Shown here: positions 10,248 to 19,110 of the stretch, one piece after another
Numbering within the stretch: position 1 is the stretch's first letter
Layout: each line of letters starts with the position of its first letter
Assembly (NCBI GenBank): GCA_937950125.1
Contig: CALFEP010000282.1
Coordinates: 21,220 to 85,219, forward strand
Length of the DNA stretch: 64,000 nucleotides
Direction of reading: 5' to 3'
Origin: an uncultured Bacteroidota bacterium
GTDB taxonomy: Bacteria; Bacteroidota; Bacteroidia; Bacteroidales; 4484-276
Notes under the pieces: model-generated
Told to the model about the DNA's origin: nothing
Database searches by the model: none
What the model saw: only the letters and a program-made list of their open reading frames with translations
Translations under genes and position numbers: made by a program

Positions 10248-13160
10248 CTATTTAGTTTCCAAAAGTTTGTTGGATTGTGTTTTTGCGTCATTTCTGATTT
10301 TGTCGGCCTGTTTCCTGGCAGCGTCAACAATTCCATCCGATTGTTTCCTGGCTTCGGCAACTGCAGCATCGGCCTTTTTTGCAGCTTCGGTTTTCACTTT
10401 ATCAGCTGCTTTTTTAGCGGCAATTTCGGCAATCGGTCCATTTTTCTTGCCCTCATCAATGAGTTTTTTTGCCTGTACGTCGGCTTCTTTTAACGCCTTT
10501 TCGGCAGTTTCGGCTGCGGTTTTGTTCAGTGCGTCGGCTTGTTTCTGAGCTTCAGCAATTATTTTATTGGCTTCTTTTTCGGCGTCAGCCAGAATTTTAT
10601 CGGCTTCCTGCCTTGCATTTTGTTTTTGTTTTTCGATTTCCTGCCGAGCCTCTTCTTCTAATTTTTGTTTTTGTTTTTCAAGCTCTTCCATTGCTTTTTT
10701 CTTCAGGTCGTCCATCAGGTTTTTCCCTGACAGGTCGCCCAGACTTACTTTAACCACCGGATCTGTCACAGTTCCTGTTATGTTAACATTCACATCAACG
10801 GTTTGACCAAGGCTGAAGTTGGTTCCAATTTTATTTGCCTCACTCACAAGGTTTTCGAGTACCGCATTGGCTGCGCCGCCAAACTTTGAGCGTGGCACTG
10901 TAAGTTGCATAAGGTACTCCATGGTTTGATCAAAAGCTGTCCAGCCCCCAAGGTTGGCTTTAATATCCTGATATTTAATATCGAATGGTTTAACGAAAAC
11001 TTTTCCGTTTACAAATTCAAAAGAGGGGTTGACAGGAGCCAGATTCAGTTTTTTCAGATCAGGCATTTTTAAAGCATCGGCAATTTTTGTTAACGTGTTC
11101 ACATTTTCGACAATGATGGAGGAGGTTTTAAGGTTCCCGGCTCCATTCATCGAGTTGTAAACCGGCATTAATTCATTGTCCAATAACGTATTGAGCCTGA
11201 ATCCCAGTGAAATTTTACCCGAGGTCTTTTCAGCAATCGGTGCAAATGTTTTGATGGTGGCAAAAGTTTTCCAGGCGTTCTGAATATCAATTTCGTTGAT
11301 GGCAAAATCCATATCAGCCTTTGGACGGGCAGGTTCCTGGGTATCGAAACTTCCGTTCGCGGTAATACTTCCTTCCAAAACATTCATTTTCAAATTATCC
11401 AGGATTAGTTTTTTATCCTTTACCACCATTTGACCGGCAACTTTGTTCAATTCGATGTTATCGTAAATCAGTTTGTCAAAACTGGCTTTTATCGTAAAAT
11501 GAATATTTCCGGGAATCTCAACAGGTTCTGATGCTGTTGTGTCGGACTGAATTTCGGTAGGATCACTGTCCACTGCTGCAATTGTGTCGGATGTCATGAA
11601 ATCGGAAACATTAAAATATTGCGAAACCAACTCCAGATTTCCCTGCAATGTTCCATCAGCCAGGGCATAAGGCAGGAAATTTTCGATTTTCCCTTTTGCC
11701 GCAAGGTCGTTTTTGCCAAGTATCATCCTGAAATCTGGCAGATCGAGGTATTCGGGTGAAAAATTGAGGCGTGCCACCTGAATGTTGACCGGCATCGGCA
11801 ATTCAGGCGTGTTGTATTTCAGATTTTCGAGCAGCACAGAGCCCAAAAATCGAAACTCATCATATTTCTCATTTTCGATCGACGACATTTGTCCGGCCAT
11901 CGAAACGTTGGCAGTAATTTTCCCTGAAAGATCATCCCCATTTTCCAGGGGATAAACCTCTTTCACTTTCGAAAGGTCAAGTATTCCGTTAATTTCAGCT
12001 TTCAAACCGGGGTCCGACATTGGGGTTTTGATAAAAAATGACGCTCCGAATCGGTTGCCTGCCATTGCGAAGTCGAATTTTGATACATCAACCGTCAGCA
12101 AATCCAGGTCACCGCCGGGAAAAGAAATCTTGGTGAGGATGTTAATTTCCTCAATTGATTTTGGCAAATCAGGATACTGCACTTTACCATTTTGAATGTT
12201 GAAGTTTATGTCGAAACCAGGATAGCCTGCATCGTTGTAAATTCCTTTCACAAATCCATTGATTCCTGCGCTGCCTGAGGCTTTCAGTCCCTCGAAACCA
12301 ACAGTATAAACTGCTGGTACCAACGACAGGAAGTTCTTGAAATCCGATTTTGCCGTAGCAAATTTCAGGTCCATTACCATGTTGCCATTATCAGGCATTT
12401 CAACCGAGCCTTCCATGAGAATAATCAAGTCGTTTAGCCTTAACTCATTCTCTTTCAACGTGTAAATATATTTTGCCAGATCGGCGTCAATTTTTGCATC
12501 CAGTTCAACACTGGTTTTATTAAGGTATTTTACACCTTCATAAAATACGGTAAGATGCTGAATGGTAGTATAAGTGTCCAATGAAGTGAAATCGAGTGTG
12601 AAATCGCCCGAAAGGGTATGGTCCAACCCATCGATAATGGCAAGTGTAGCCAGGCTTTTATCATCATAAATAAGTCGCCCGCCCGAAATGGTAACTTCTT
12701 TTAGTTTGATTACAAAGGCAGAAGTTTCGGCCTCAGGTTCAGCCACTGTTTCCGGTTCTTCAGAGGGTATTGTAATATCCCAGTTTGCCGCCCCGTCTTC
12801 TTTTACCAGCAGGTTGATAAATGGATTTTTCAGGCCAATTTTGTTCACCTGATAGGCCTCGCCCCTTATCACGCTCATCAAATCGAGTGTTAACTCAAAA
12901 CCAGGAAGGAAAGCAAGTGTATCGCCGTTGAAAGGTTCCTTGTTGACAACCGACAACCCTTCGATACGAAAATTGAAATCGGGAAAGCTCCGAAACAACG
13001 AAAGGCCAAAATCGTTGAAATCGACGGTTGCATTAACATTTTTATTGATTTCTTCCTTGATCTTTTCAACAATCTGATCACGAAAAAAATACGGAATGGC
13101 TATCATAAGTACCAAAATTACAGCCACTACGATTCCAAATATTTTGAAAAAAAGTTTCAT
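10248..13160 (-). CDS. AsmA-family outer-membrane biogenesis / lipid-transfer-like protein with an Ala/Lys/Glu-rich helical tail
   Basis: N-terminal anchor MKLFFKIFGIVVAVILVLMIAIPYFF followed by a long beta-rich AsmA-like body. The last ~170 aa are low-complexity (KQKQKLEEEARQEIEKQKQNARQEADKILADAEKEANKIIAEAQKQADAL...). The track start at 13196 is a TTG, so ATG 13160 is preferred. Confidence 0.8.
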   Translation of the reverse strand: MKLFFKIFGIVVAVILVLMIAIPYFFRDQIVEKIKEEINKNVNATVDFNDFGLSLFRSFPDFNFRIEGLSVVNKEPFNGDTLAFLPGFELTLDLMSVIRGEAYQVNKIGLKNPFINLLVKEDGAANWDITIPSEEPETVAEPEAETSAFVIKLKEVTISGGRLIYDDKSLATLAIIDGLDHTLSGDFTLDFTSLDTYTTIQHLTVFYEGVKYLNKTSVELDAKIDADLAKYIYTLKENELRLNDLIILMEGSVEMPDNGNMVMDLKFATAKSDFKNFLSLVPAVYTVGFEGLKASGSAGINGFVKGIYNDAGYPGFDINFNIQNGKVQYPDLPKSIEEINILTKISFPGGDLDLLTVDVSKFDFAMAGNRFGASFFIKTPMSDPGLKAEINGILDLSKVKEVYPLENGDDLSGKITANVSMAGQMSSIENEKYDEFRFLGSVLLENLKYNTPELPMPVNIQVARLNFSPEYLDLPDFRMILGKNDLAAKGKIENFLPYALADGTLQGNLELVSQYFNVSDFMTSDTIAAVDSDPTEIQSDTTASEPVEIPGNIHFTIKASFDKLIYDNIELNKVAGQMVVKDKKLILDNLKMNVLEGSITANGSFDTQEPARPKADMDFAINEIDIQNAWKTFATIKTFAPIAEKTSGKISLGFRLNTLLDNELMPVYNSMNGAGNLKTSSIIVENVNTLTKIADALKMPDLKKLNLAPVNPSFEFVNGKVFVKPFDIKYQDIKANLGGWTAFDQTMEYLMQLTVPRSKFGGAANAVLENLVSEANKIGTNFSLGQTVDVNVNITGTVTDPVVKVSLGDLSGKNLMDDLKKKAMEELEKQKQKLEEEARQEIEKQKQNARQEADKILADAEKEANKIIAEAQKQADALNKTAAETAEKALKEADVQAKKLIDEGKKNGPIAEIAAKKAADKVKTEAAKKADAAVAEARKQSDGIVDAARKQADKIRNDAKTQSNKLLETK

Positions 13161-13296
13161 TTTGATTTTATTTACTGGTTTAAATTTGAATGTCAAAATT
13201 ACTGATTTTTGAATGTTTACCTATAATTTATCTTAATTTTGAAAATGCCGGGATAGGTTATTGGCTTTTGAAAAGTTTCGAATAGAATGTAACATC

Positions 13297-13902
13297 ATGA
13301 AAATAAATACTATGGCTAAACGGAGAAATTACCAGACCTTTACAACGTCAGCCAAGCACTGTCTTTTGCCCGCGTTGTTACCAGCACTTGTACTTGTCGT
13401 GATCACCTTTTCAAATTTAGCTTTTCAGGTTAAAAATGAGTCAGGTAATGATATGCATGGCTCATGTCAACAACAGGTTGAAAATGAAACAAATGCGAAA
13501 GAAATGGTTATCGCACTTATGGGCAGGTGGATTGAAAGTTGCGGTGGCTTTTACCTCGAAGAGTGGTCAGCAGATGATGATACCCTGATGGTGGGTGCCG
13601 GCATAACGCTGAAAAATGGTGTGAAAACCATTGAAGAAAAACTGGCCATTGTAGCTGAACCAACAGGTTATTATTATCTTGCAACGGTATCAGGCCAAAA
13701 TCAGGGAAGGACAATCAGGTTTGGTCCGGCATATTTTTCGGCAAAAGAAGTGGTCTTTCAAAACCTGGAGCACGATTTCCCAAACACTTTGAGGTACTAT
13801 TTTGAAAATGATTCATCTTTGATGGTTGCGGTGGAAAGTGTAACCGATACGACCATGAATTTTGTCCTTAACATGAAGAAAATCAAAGGATTTGAACATT
13901 GA
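13297..13902 (+). CDS. Hypothetical exported protein (DUF6265-like)
   Basis: Hydrophobic N-terminal segment LLPALLPALVLVVITF. The ...VVFQNLEHDFPNTLRYYFEND... motif resembles the HDFP motif I recall for DUF6265. The track start at 13261 is a TTG. Confidence 0.5.
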   Translation: MKINTMAKRRNYQTFTTSAKHCLLPALLPALVLVVITFSNLAFQVKNESGNDMHGSCQQQVENETNAKEMVIALMGRWIESCGGFYLEEWSADDDTLMVGAGITLKNGVKTIEEKLAIVAEPTGYYYLATVSGQNQGRTIRFGPAYFSAKEVVFQNLEHDFPNTLRYYFENDSSLMVAVESVTDTTMNFVLNMKKIKGFEH

Positions 13903-13982
13903 AGAAATCCTGATTGAGATTTTTAATTAAAAACCGTCCAGTGTTAAAATCAGTAATACGGTGAGCCGGCAAGCTAAAAAAA

Positions 13983-14003
13983 AGCGCCGGTTTTGCCGGC
14001 GCT
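13983..14003. terminator. Bidirectional intrinsic terminator between convergent genes
   Basis: AGCGCCGG / CCGGCGCT 8-bp GC stem with a 5-nt loop, an A-run upstream (13975-13983) and GTTTT downstream. Confidence 0.8.
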
Positions 14004-14016
14004 GTTTTGATCAATT

Positions 14017-16245
14017 TTATTGACTATTCAAAAATTTGAGCTTTGCTTCGAGTGTTGCTACTTCGTTTTTTGCTTTTTCGATCTTCTTTTCGAATTCGTC
14101 TTTCAGCAGGTTGGCTTTTTTCGAATCGGCAAGGAAACCAATGTTATTTTCCCAAAGCATGATGTCTTCACGCAATTTGGCTACCTTATTCTGCATAAAA
14201 GTACGTTCGCGGTAAACCTGTCGGTCGCCATCGGGTGTGTTTTTAATTACATCCAGTTTTGTTTTGTAATTGGCCAGGTTCATCTCGGCATTGCTGATAT
14301 TTAACTTATCAAGCTGCTTGTTGATAGCATCCCTGAAAGCATTCTGCAGACGGTCTTTGTCTCTGAACGGGACATGCCCGGTTTCAGTCCACTGGCGCTG
14401 GAAGTCCTTGAGTATTGTCAGGTTATCGGCTTTGCTGCCTTCAAAAACATAATCCTCAACCTGCTTTATCAATTCTTCTTTTTTCTTCAGGTTAGCCCCT
14501 TCCTCATCGCGAATGCTGGTGAAATGTGTTTGTTTTTTCTCGAAAAATTCATCGCAAGCCGAGCGGAAACGTTTCCAGATTTTATCTGCATTTTTTCGAG
14601 GAACAGGACCAATTTTCTTCCATTCCTGTTGCATTTCAATCAGTTCGCGGGTGGTTTCACGCCAGTCGGTACTGTCACGGAGCGCTTCAGCCTGAACACA
14701 CAAGTCGAGCTTGAGGTTGTAATTATTGACCTGTTGATCTTTCAGTTTTCCAAAATAATCTTTCTTTTCGGTAAAGAAATTGTCTAAGGCTGCCTTGAAG
14801 CGATCCCAAATCTCATCGTTTTGTTTTTTGGGTCCGGGTCCAATGGTTTTCCAAACTTTGAACAGCTCGTTGAACTGTTTGGTTTTTTCCTGCCATTCCC
14901 TGATGCTGTTAACCTCTTCGGTAAGAAGCTTTTCGGCCTTTTCGCAGAGGGCTGTTTTTGCAATAAGGTTGTTCTCCTGGTCTTCCTGCAGAATTTTGTA
15001 ATGTTCGCGGCGGCGCATGTTGATTTTGTCGGTGGCCGATTTGAAGCGATCCCATATTTCGTCTTTTTTGTCGTCAGGAACAGGACCAACCTCTTTCCAC
15101 ATCTCGTGATAACGCTGCAACTGCTTGAACGACTTCAAAATGGAAGGCTCAATGAGCAGCTCTTCTGCTTTTTCGCAAAGTTCAATTTTCTGTTCCAGGT
15201 TTTTCTTCAGGTCAAGGTCCTTTAATTCCTTGTTTATCTTTACCTTATCAAAAAATTTCTCAACCAGAAAATGGTAGTTCTGCCATAGGTTGTTTACCTC
15301 GGTTTTAGGTACCATGCCTATGTTTTTCCATCTTTCCTGAAGTTCCCTAAACTCGTCATAAGTTCTTTTGAGCGTTTCTTCCGAATTGATGAGCTCTTTG
15401 AGCTGGTCAAGGATATCCTGTTTGAGTTTCAGGTTATTTTCTTTTTCATTTTCGAGGTCGTCCAGATAAACTGAACGTTTTTGCTTGTATATCTCAAAAA
15501 TCTCGTTGAATTTTACTTCAAGTTCGTCTTCAACAGGTTGTTTTTCTTCAACCTCAGCTTCTTCGGCTGCTCCTTCTTCTTTTTCCTGCTCGTGTTTTTT
15601 AAGGTGAATTTCGTAATGGGCTTCTTTTTCCAGTTTTGTTTTTTTGAGGAAGGAAACTTTGATGGCAGCAACCTTAGCTTTTATCACATTAACGTCTTCT
15701 TCCTGAACAAGTTTATCCAATTGTTCAACCAACTCTATGCGCGTCAGGTTCTCGTAGTCGATTTTAACATCCTCATGATCATCACTTTCATGCACCTCTT
15801 CTTCCTCTTCTTCTGTAGCTTCAATTTCAGCGGGTTCGGCAACCTGTTCAACTTTTTCGGGTTCCTGGGTTATTTCCACAGGTTCTTCGGTTTTGCCTTC
15901 TTCGGCTACCAATGTTTCGTCTGAGGCTTGTTCCGTGGGAATTTCCTGCAATTCTTCTACTGATGGTGCTTCCATTTCAACAGGTGGTTGTGCAACCTCT
16001 GTTTGGGGTTCTTCCACAGGTGCTTCTTCCTGCTGCAATGCAGTTGCTTCAACCTCTTCAACTTTCTCAGCCTGAGGTTCATGATCTGCTACTACGTCTG
16101 TACCTGATTTTGTTTCCTGCTCCTTAACTTCGGCAGGTTCGTGAGATGCTTCAATTGTTTTGGTTTCTTCTTTTGAAGTCTTCTCATCCCGCGGTTCAAT
16201 TTCGCCCTCCACGGGAATTTGATTGAGTTGATCCTTGTTTTCCAT
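14017..16245 (-). CDS. DUF349 repeat protein with an acidic Glu/Pro/Gln-rich N-terminal region
   Basis: 742 aa. Several repeats of the DUF349 signature (W..IG.VP....D.IW.RF..A.D.FF, e.g. WKEVGPVPDDKKDEIWDRFKSATDKI, WKTIGPGPKKQNDEIWDRFKAALDNFF, WKKIGPVPRKNADKIWKRFRSACDEFF). The first ~160 aa are low-complexity and acidic. Confidence 0.85.
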   Translation of the reverse strand: MENKDQLNQIPVEGEIEPRDEKTSKEETKTIEASHEPAEVKEQETKSGTDVVADHEPQAEKVEEVEATALQQEEAPVEEPQTEVAQPPVEMEAPSVEELQEIPTEQASDETLVAEEGKTEEPVEITQEPEKVEQVAEPAEIEATEEEEEEVHESDDHEDVKIDYENLTRIELVEQLDKLVQEEDVNVIKAKVAAIKVSFLKKTKLEKEAHYEIHLKKHEQEKEEGAAEEAEVEEKQPVEDELEVKFNEIFEIYKQKRSVYLDDLENEKENNLKLKQDILDQLKELINSEETLKRTYDEFRELQERWKNIGMVPKTEVNNLWQNYHFLVEKFFDKVKINKELKDLDLKKNLEQKIELCEKAEELLIEPSILKSFKQLQRYHEMWKEVGPVPDDKKDEIWDRFKSATDKINMRRREHYKILQEDQENNLIAKTALCEKAEKLLTEEVNSIREWQEKTKQFNELFKVWKTIGPGPKKQNDEIWDRFKAALDNFFTEKKDYFGKLKDQQVNNYNLKLDLCVQAEALRDSTDWRETTRELIEMQQEWKKIGPVPRKNADKIWKRFRSACDEFFEKKQTHFTSIRDEEGANLKKKEELIKQVEDYVFEGSKADNLTILKDFQRQWTETGHVPFRDKDRLQNAFRDAINKQLDKLNISNAEMNLANYKTKLDVIKNTPDGDRQVYRERTFMQNKVAKLREDIMLWENNIGFLADSKKANLLKDEFEKKIEKAKNEVATLEAKLKFLNSQ

Positions 16246-16415
16246 TACAAAAAATTTTGTTTATAAACGTTAAGTTAAAAGAATTCCGGTTTTACGTAAA
16301 AACCTGATTTATAGCATTTATTCAAAAAAATGGTGTGCAAAAATAGCAAAATAATGGTTGGTGGTGCGGTTTGGAACAAGTTCTTAATGAAATTTAAAGG
16401 AAATACAAGCAATGA

Positions 16416-16805
16416 TTAACCACAAATCTCGATGGAATTGTGCTCGGGGTCAAGTAATACTGCTTCATAATAACCATCACCTGTAACACGGGGACCATCA
16501 ACCACAGGAACATTATTTTTTATCAGATTACTCACAAAATCATCAACATCCTGCCGACTTCCAAGATGAAACGAAATATGGGCATAGCCCGTGTGCAGCG
16601 GCATTTTATTGCTTTCCACATCCTTTTGTTTCATCAGTTCGATGCGTGGTCCTTCCTTAAAGGCAATAAAGCAGGATTCGAATCCCTTTTGCACGTTGTG
16701 GTATCTGGTTCCTGCATGGCCATCGAAAAAATGAACATAAAAGTCGATCATTTCATCGATGTTGTTTACCCAAATGGCGATGTGTTCAACCTTCATTTTG
16801 CTCAT
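16416..16805 (-). CDS. VOC / glyoxalase-I-family protein
   Basis: 129 aa. The paired beta-alpha-beta-beta-beta pattern starts VEHIAIWVNNIDEMIDFY and ends YEAVLLDPEHNSIEI. Confidence 0.8.
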   Translation of the reverse strand: MSKMKVEHIAIWVNNIDEMIDFYVHFFDGHAGTRYHNVQKGFESCFIAFKEGPRIELMKQKDVESNKMPLHTGYAHISFHLGSRQDVDDFVSNLIKNNVPVVDGPRVTGDGYYEAVLLDPEHNSIEICG

Positions 16806-16819
16806 GCGTTGTGTTGATT

Positions 16820-17263
16820 TTAAACTCCGGATTCGATTTGCTTTTCAGTACCTGAATTTAAAGGAAGTTCGATAAATTGAAATTCGCCATGTTTTTCGAT
16901 ACATTCAGTGATTTTCTTTTTCAGTTTCCAGCAGGTCATCTGTCGTTTTTCGAGCTTGCGCGAAAGTTCCCAGCTCGAAATTTTGGGGGTGCTGCAAACA
17001 GCGTAGGCCAGATGAAATGCTTCGGTCAACTGAATTTTGCACCGGTGAAAAATCGTGTGCGCCGTGGCCGATTCGTCGTGCTTACAGCGCGTGCATCGTC
17101 TCGAAAAAGGTGTTTTCCCGCTGCAAAAGTTCGTATGACCACATTTTTTGCAAACATACCCGTCTTTCCACTTTTCCTCAGCCAAAAATCTGAGACAGTC
17201 CTCATCAGTCGAAAACATGTTTTCAAATTCAAGTGGTTTAAAATGAAACAAGGCGTTTTTCAT
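16820..17263 (-). CDS. IS1595-type transposase N-terminal zinc-ribbon/HTH domain protein (no DDE domain)
   Basis: 147 aa. CLRFLAEEKWKDGYVCKKCGHTNFCSGKTPFSRRCTRCKHDESATAHTIFHRCKIQL matches the Zn-ribbon that opens IS1595 transposases. The ORF ends about 150 aa before a catalytic domain would end. Only 14 bp separate it from the VOC gene. Confidence 0.7.
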   Translation of the reverse strand: MKNALFHFKPLEFENMFSTDEDCLRFLAEEKWKDGYVCKKCGHTNFCSGKTPFSRRCTRCKHDESATAHTIFHRCKIQLTEAFHLAYAVCSTPKISSWELSRKLEKRQMTCWKLKKKITECIEKHGEFQFIELPLNSGTEKQIESGV

Positions 17264-17280
17264 GTTTGATTTTTTTTTTG

Positions 17281-17288
17281 CAAAAATA
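17281..17288 (-). promoter_or_regulatory. -7 promoter box (TATTTTTG on the minus strand) for the zinc-ribbon/VOC pair
   Basis: Plus-strand CAAAAATA, 18 nt upstream of the ATG at 17263, followed by an A10 run in the short leader. Confidence 0.4.
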
Positions 17289-17331
17289 GTTAAAAAGTGA
17301 TACTGAAACGATTCAAATTAAAAAAAATGTT

Positions 17332-17339
17332 TATTTTTG
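17332..17339 (+). promoter_or_regulatory. -7 promoter box TATTTTTG for the thioredoxin pair
   Basis: Exact TAnnTTTG match. It overlaps the track's TTG start at 17337, which argues for the ATG at 17379. Confidence 0.45.
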
Positions 17340-17378
17340 TCGCCGGAAATTTATTCAGAAATTAAAAACTTAACAAAT

Positions 17379-17891
17379 ATGAAAAAAACAAGTTTAGTGG
17401 TATTAGCGATTACAGTTATGATGTTTTCGGCATTTGCATGCAACAATGCAGGCAGCGAAACTGGCTACAGCAACAAGAGTGGAAAGGCAGAAACGGTTGC
17501 TATGGCTGGTAACCCTGCCGGAGGCGATATGAAACCCGAGTTTTTAACTGCCGAAACCTTCAAGAAAAAAATATGGGATTATGAAAAAAACCCTGAATCG
17601 TGGGTGTATGAAGGCACCGAACCGGCCATCATCGATTTTTACGCCGACTGGTGTAAACCGTGTAAGATGGTTGCACCTGTGTTAGAGGAAATATCAAAAG
17701 AGTATGCTGGTAAGATTAAGGTGTACAAAATCGACACGCAGAAAGAAAAAGAATTGGCCGCAGTATTTCAGGTATCGAGCATTCCCACCTTTCTTTACAT
17801 CCCGGTAAACGGAAAACCTCAGATGGACAGAGGTTACAAGGACAAGGCTGCTTTTGTACAGATCATCGATCAGGTTTTGATTTCAAAATAA
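17379..17891 (+). CDS. Exported (lipoprotein-type) thioredoxin-family protein
   Basis: Signal peptide plus lipobox MKKTSLVVLAITVMMFSAFAC, and thioredoxin active site DFYADWCKPCKMVAP. Confidence 0.85.
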   Translation: MKKTSLVVLAITVMMFSAFACNNAGSETGYSNKSGKAETVAMAGNPAGGDMKPEFLTAETFKKKIWDYEKNPESWVYEGTEPAIIDFYADWCKPCKMVAPVLEEISKEYAGKIKVYKIDTQKEKELAAVFQVSSIPTFLYIPVNGKPQMDRGYKDKAAFVQIIDQVLISK

Positions 17892-17929
17892 GTAAAATAT
17901 TGATTTTTAACATTTAACAAAATATAACA

Positions 17930-18310
17930 ATGGAACATTTAACCAAAGAAACGTTTTTGCAAAAGGTTTTTAACTACGAAAAAAACAGTGAATGGAAATT
18001 TGAAGGAAAATTGCCATGTCTGATCGACTTTTACGCTGACTGGTGCGGACCATGCAAAATGGTTGCCCCGGTTCTTGAAGAATTATCGAAAGAATACGAT
18101 GGTAAAATTAACATTTACAAGGTTGATACTGAAGATCAGCAGGAATTGGCTGGTGCATTTGGCATCCGCAGCATTCCTTCGCTTTTGTTCTGCCCGGTTG
18201 ACGCTCAGCCACAAATGGCGATGGGCGCTCTCCCCAAAGCCACACTCATTCAGGCTATCGAAGATGTTTTATTAAAAAATGTGACACCCGAAAAAGTTTC
18301 AAATAACTAA
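17930..18310 (+). CDS. Thioredoxin-family protein (no signal peptide)
   Basis: 126 aa with active site DFYADWCGPCKMVAP. Clear paralogue of the upstream gene. Confidence 0.85.
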   Translation: MEHLTKETFLQKVFNYEKNSEWKFEGKLPCLIDFYADWCGPCKMVAPVLEELSKEYDGKINIYKVDTEDQQELAGAFGIRSIPSLLFCPVDAQPQMAMGALPKATLIQAIEDVLLKNVTPEKVSNN

Positions 18311-18375
18311 TTTCAAATTCACGAAATACAATCCAGGGCGCTGTAAAATTTTGCAGTGCCTTTTTTTTTATCCAT

Positions 18376-18383
18376 TATTTTTG
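18376..18383 (+). promoter_or_regulatory. -7 promoter box TATTTTTG for the WbqC-family gene
   Basis: Exact TAnnTTTG match, 12 nt before ATG 18395, so the leader is very short. Confidence 0.4.
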
Positions 18384-18394
18384 TGAAAAAACGT

Positions 18395-19018
18395 ATGACA
18401 AGTTTCCAAACCGTAGTGCTACCAACGGCTTATGTTCCACCTGTTCACTATTTCAGCTATCTTATTGCTGCTGAGTGTGTTTTGATAGAACAATTTGAAA
18501 CCTACCCAAAACAAACCTATCGCAACCGGTGCGAAATTATGACTGCCAATGGAAAATTTTCTCTTACCATTCCAGTGGTTAAAACTTTTGGAAATCATAC
18601 AAAAACCAGCGACATCGGCATTTCATCACACCAAAACTGGCAACTCGTGCATTGGCGAACCATCGAATCGGCCTATGCCAATTCACCATATTTTTTGTAC
18701 TACAAAGATATGTTGTTACCTTTTTATCAGAAAAAATATGATAACCTCTTGCATTACAACACACTACTGCTAAATGTTATCCTCGAAATGTTGGGTTTGC
18801 ACAAAAAAATTGAATTGACCACCACATACCTGAAAAATTTACCCGGTGGACATGATCTTCGCAATACAATTTCTCCAAAAAGACCCGTTCACGATTTTCC
18901 ATTCAAAGAATATTATCAGGTTTTTGCTGATAAACAGGGTTTTCTGCCTGGGTTAAGCATCCTCGACCTGATTTTCAATATGGGTGGGCAGGCAGTGGAA
19001 ATTCTGGATGTGTTTTAG
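18395..19018 (+). CDS. WbqC-family protein
   Basis: VLPTAYVPPVHYFSYL...ETYPKQTYRNRCEI... is the pattern I recall for WbqC-like proteins. The track start at 18356 is a GTG lying upstream of the -7 box. Confidence 0.65.
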   Translation: MTSFQTVVLPTAYVPPVHYFSYLIAAECVLIEQFETYPKQTYRNRCEIMTANGKFSLTIPVVKTFGNHTKTSDIGISSHQNWQLVHWRTIESAYANSPYFLYYKDMLLPFYQKKYDNLLHYNTLLLNVILEMLGLHKKIELTTTYLKNLPGGHDLRNTISPKRPVHDFPFKEYYQVFADKQGFLPGLSILDLIFNMGGQAVEILDVF

Positions 19019-19110
19019 TTTTCGGCAAAGTAAAATCACGAAAATCAACATCGTGTGAGAATAATCCAGATGATGCAATTTGCTTAAATTGAAATATTTA
19101 CCTTGCCCGT

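Noticed and set aside
10234-10806. Stack of plus-strand ORFs (Ala/Ser/Phe-rich, up to 104 aa)
   Set aside because: They are mirror-frame artefacts of the Ala/Lys/Glu low-complexity tail of the AsmA-family gene on the other strand.
16820-17263. Active IS1595 insertion sequence
   Set aside because: Only the N-terminal zinc-ribbon part is present. There is no DDE domain, terminal inverted repeats or target duplication, so it is reported as a possible domesticated gene rather than a mobile element.
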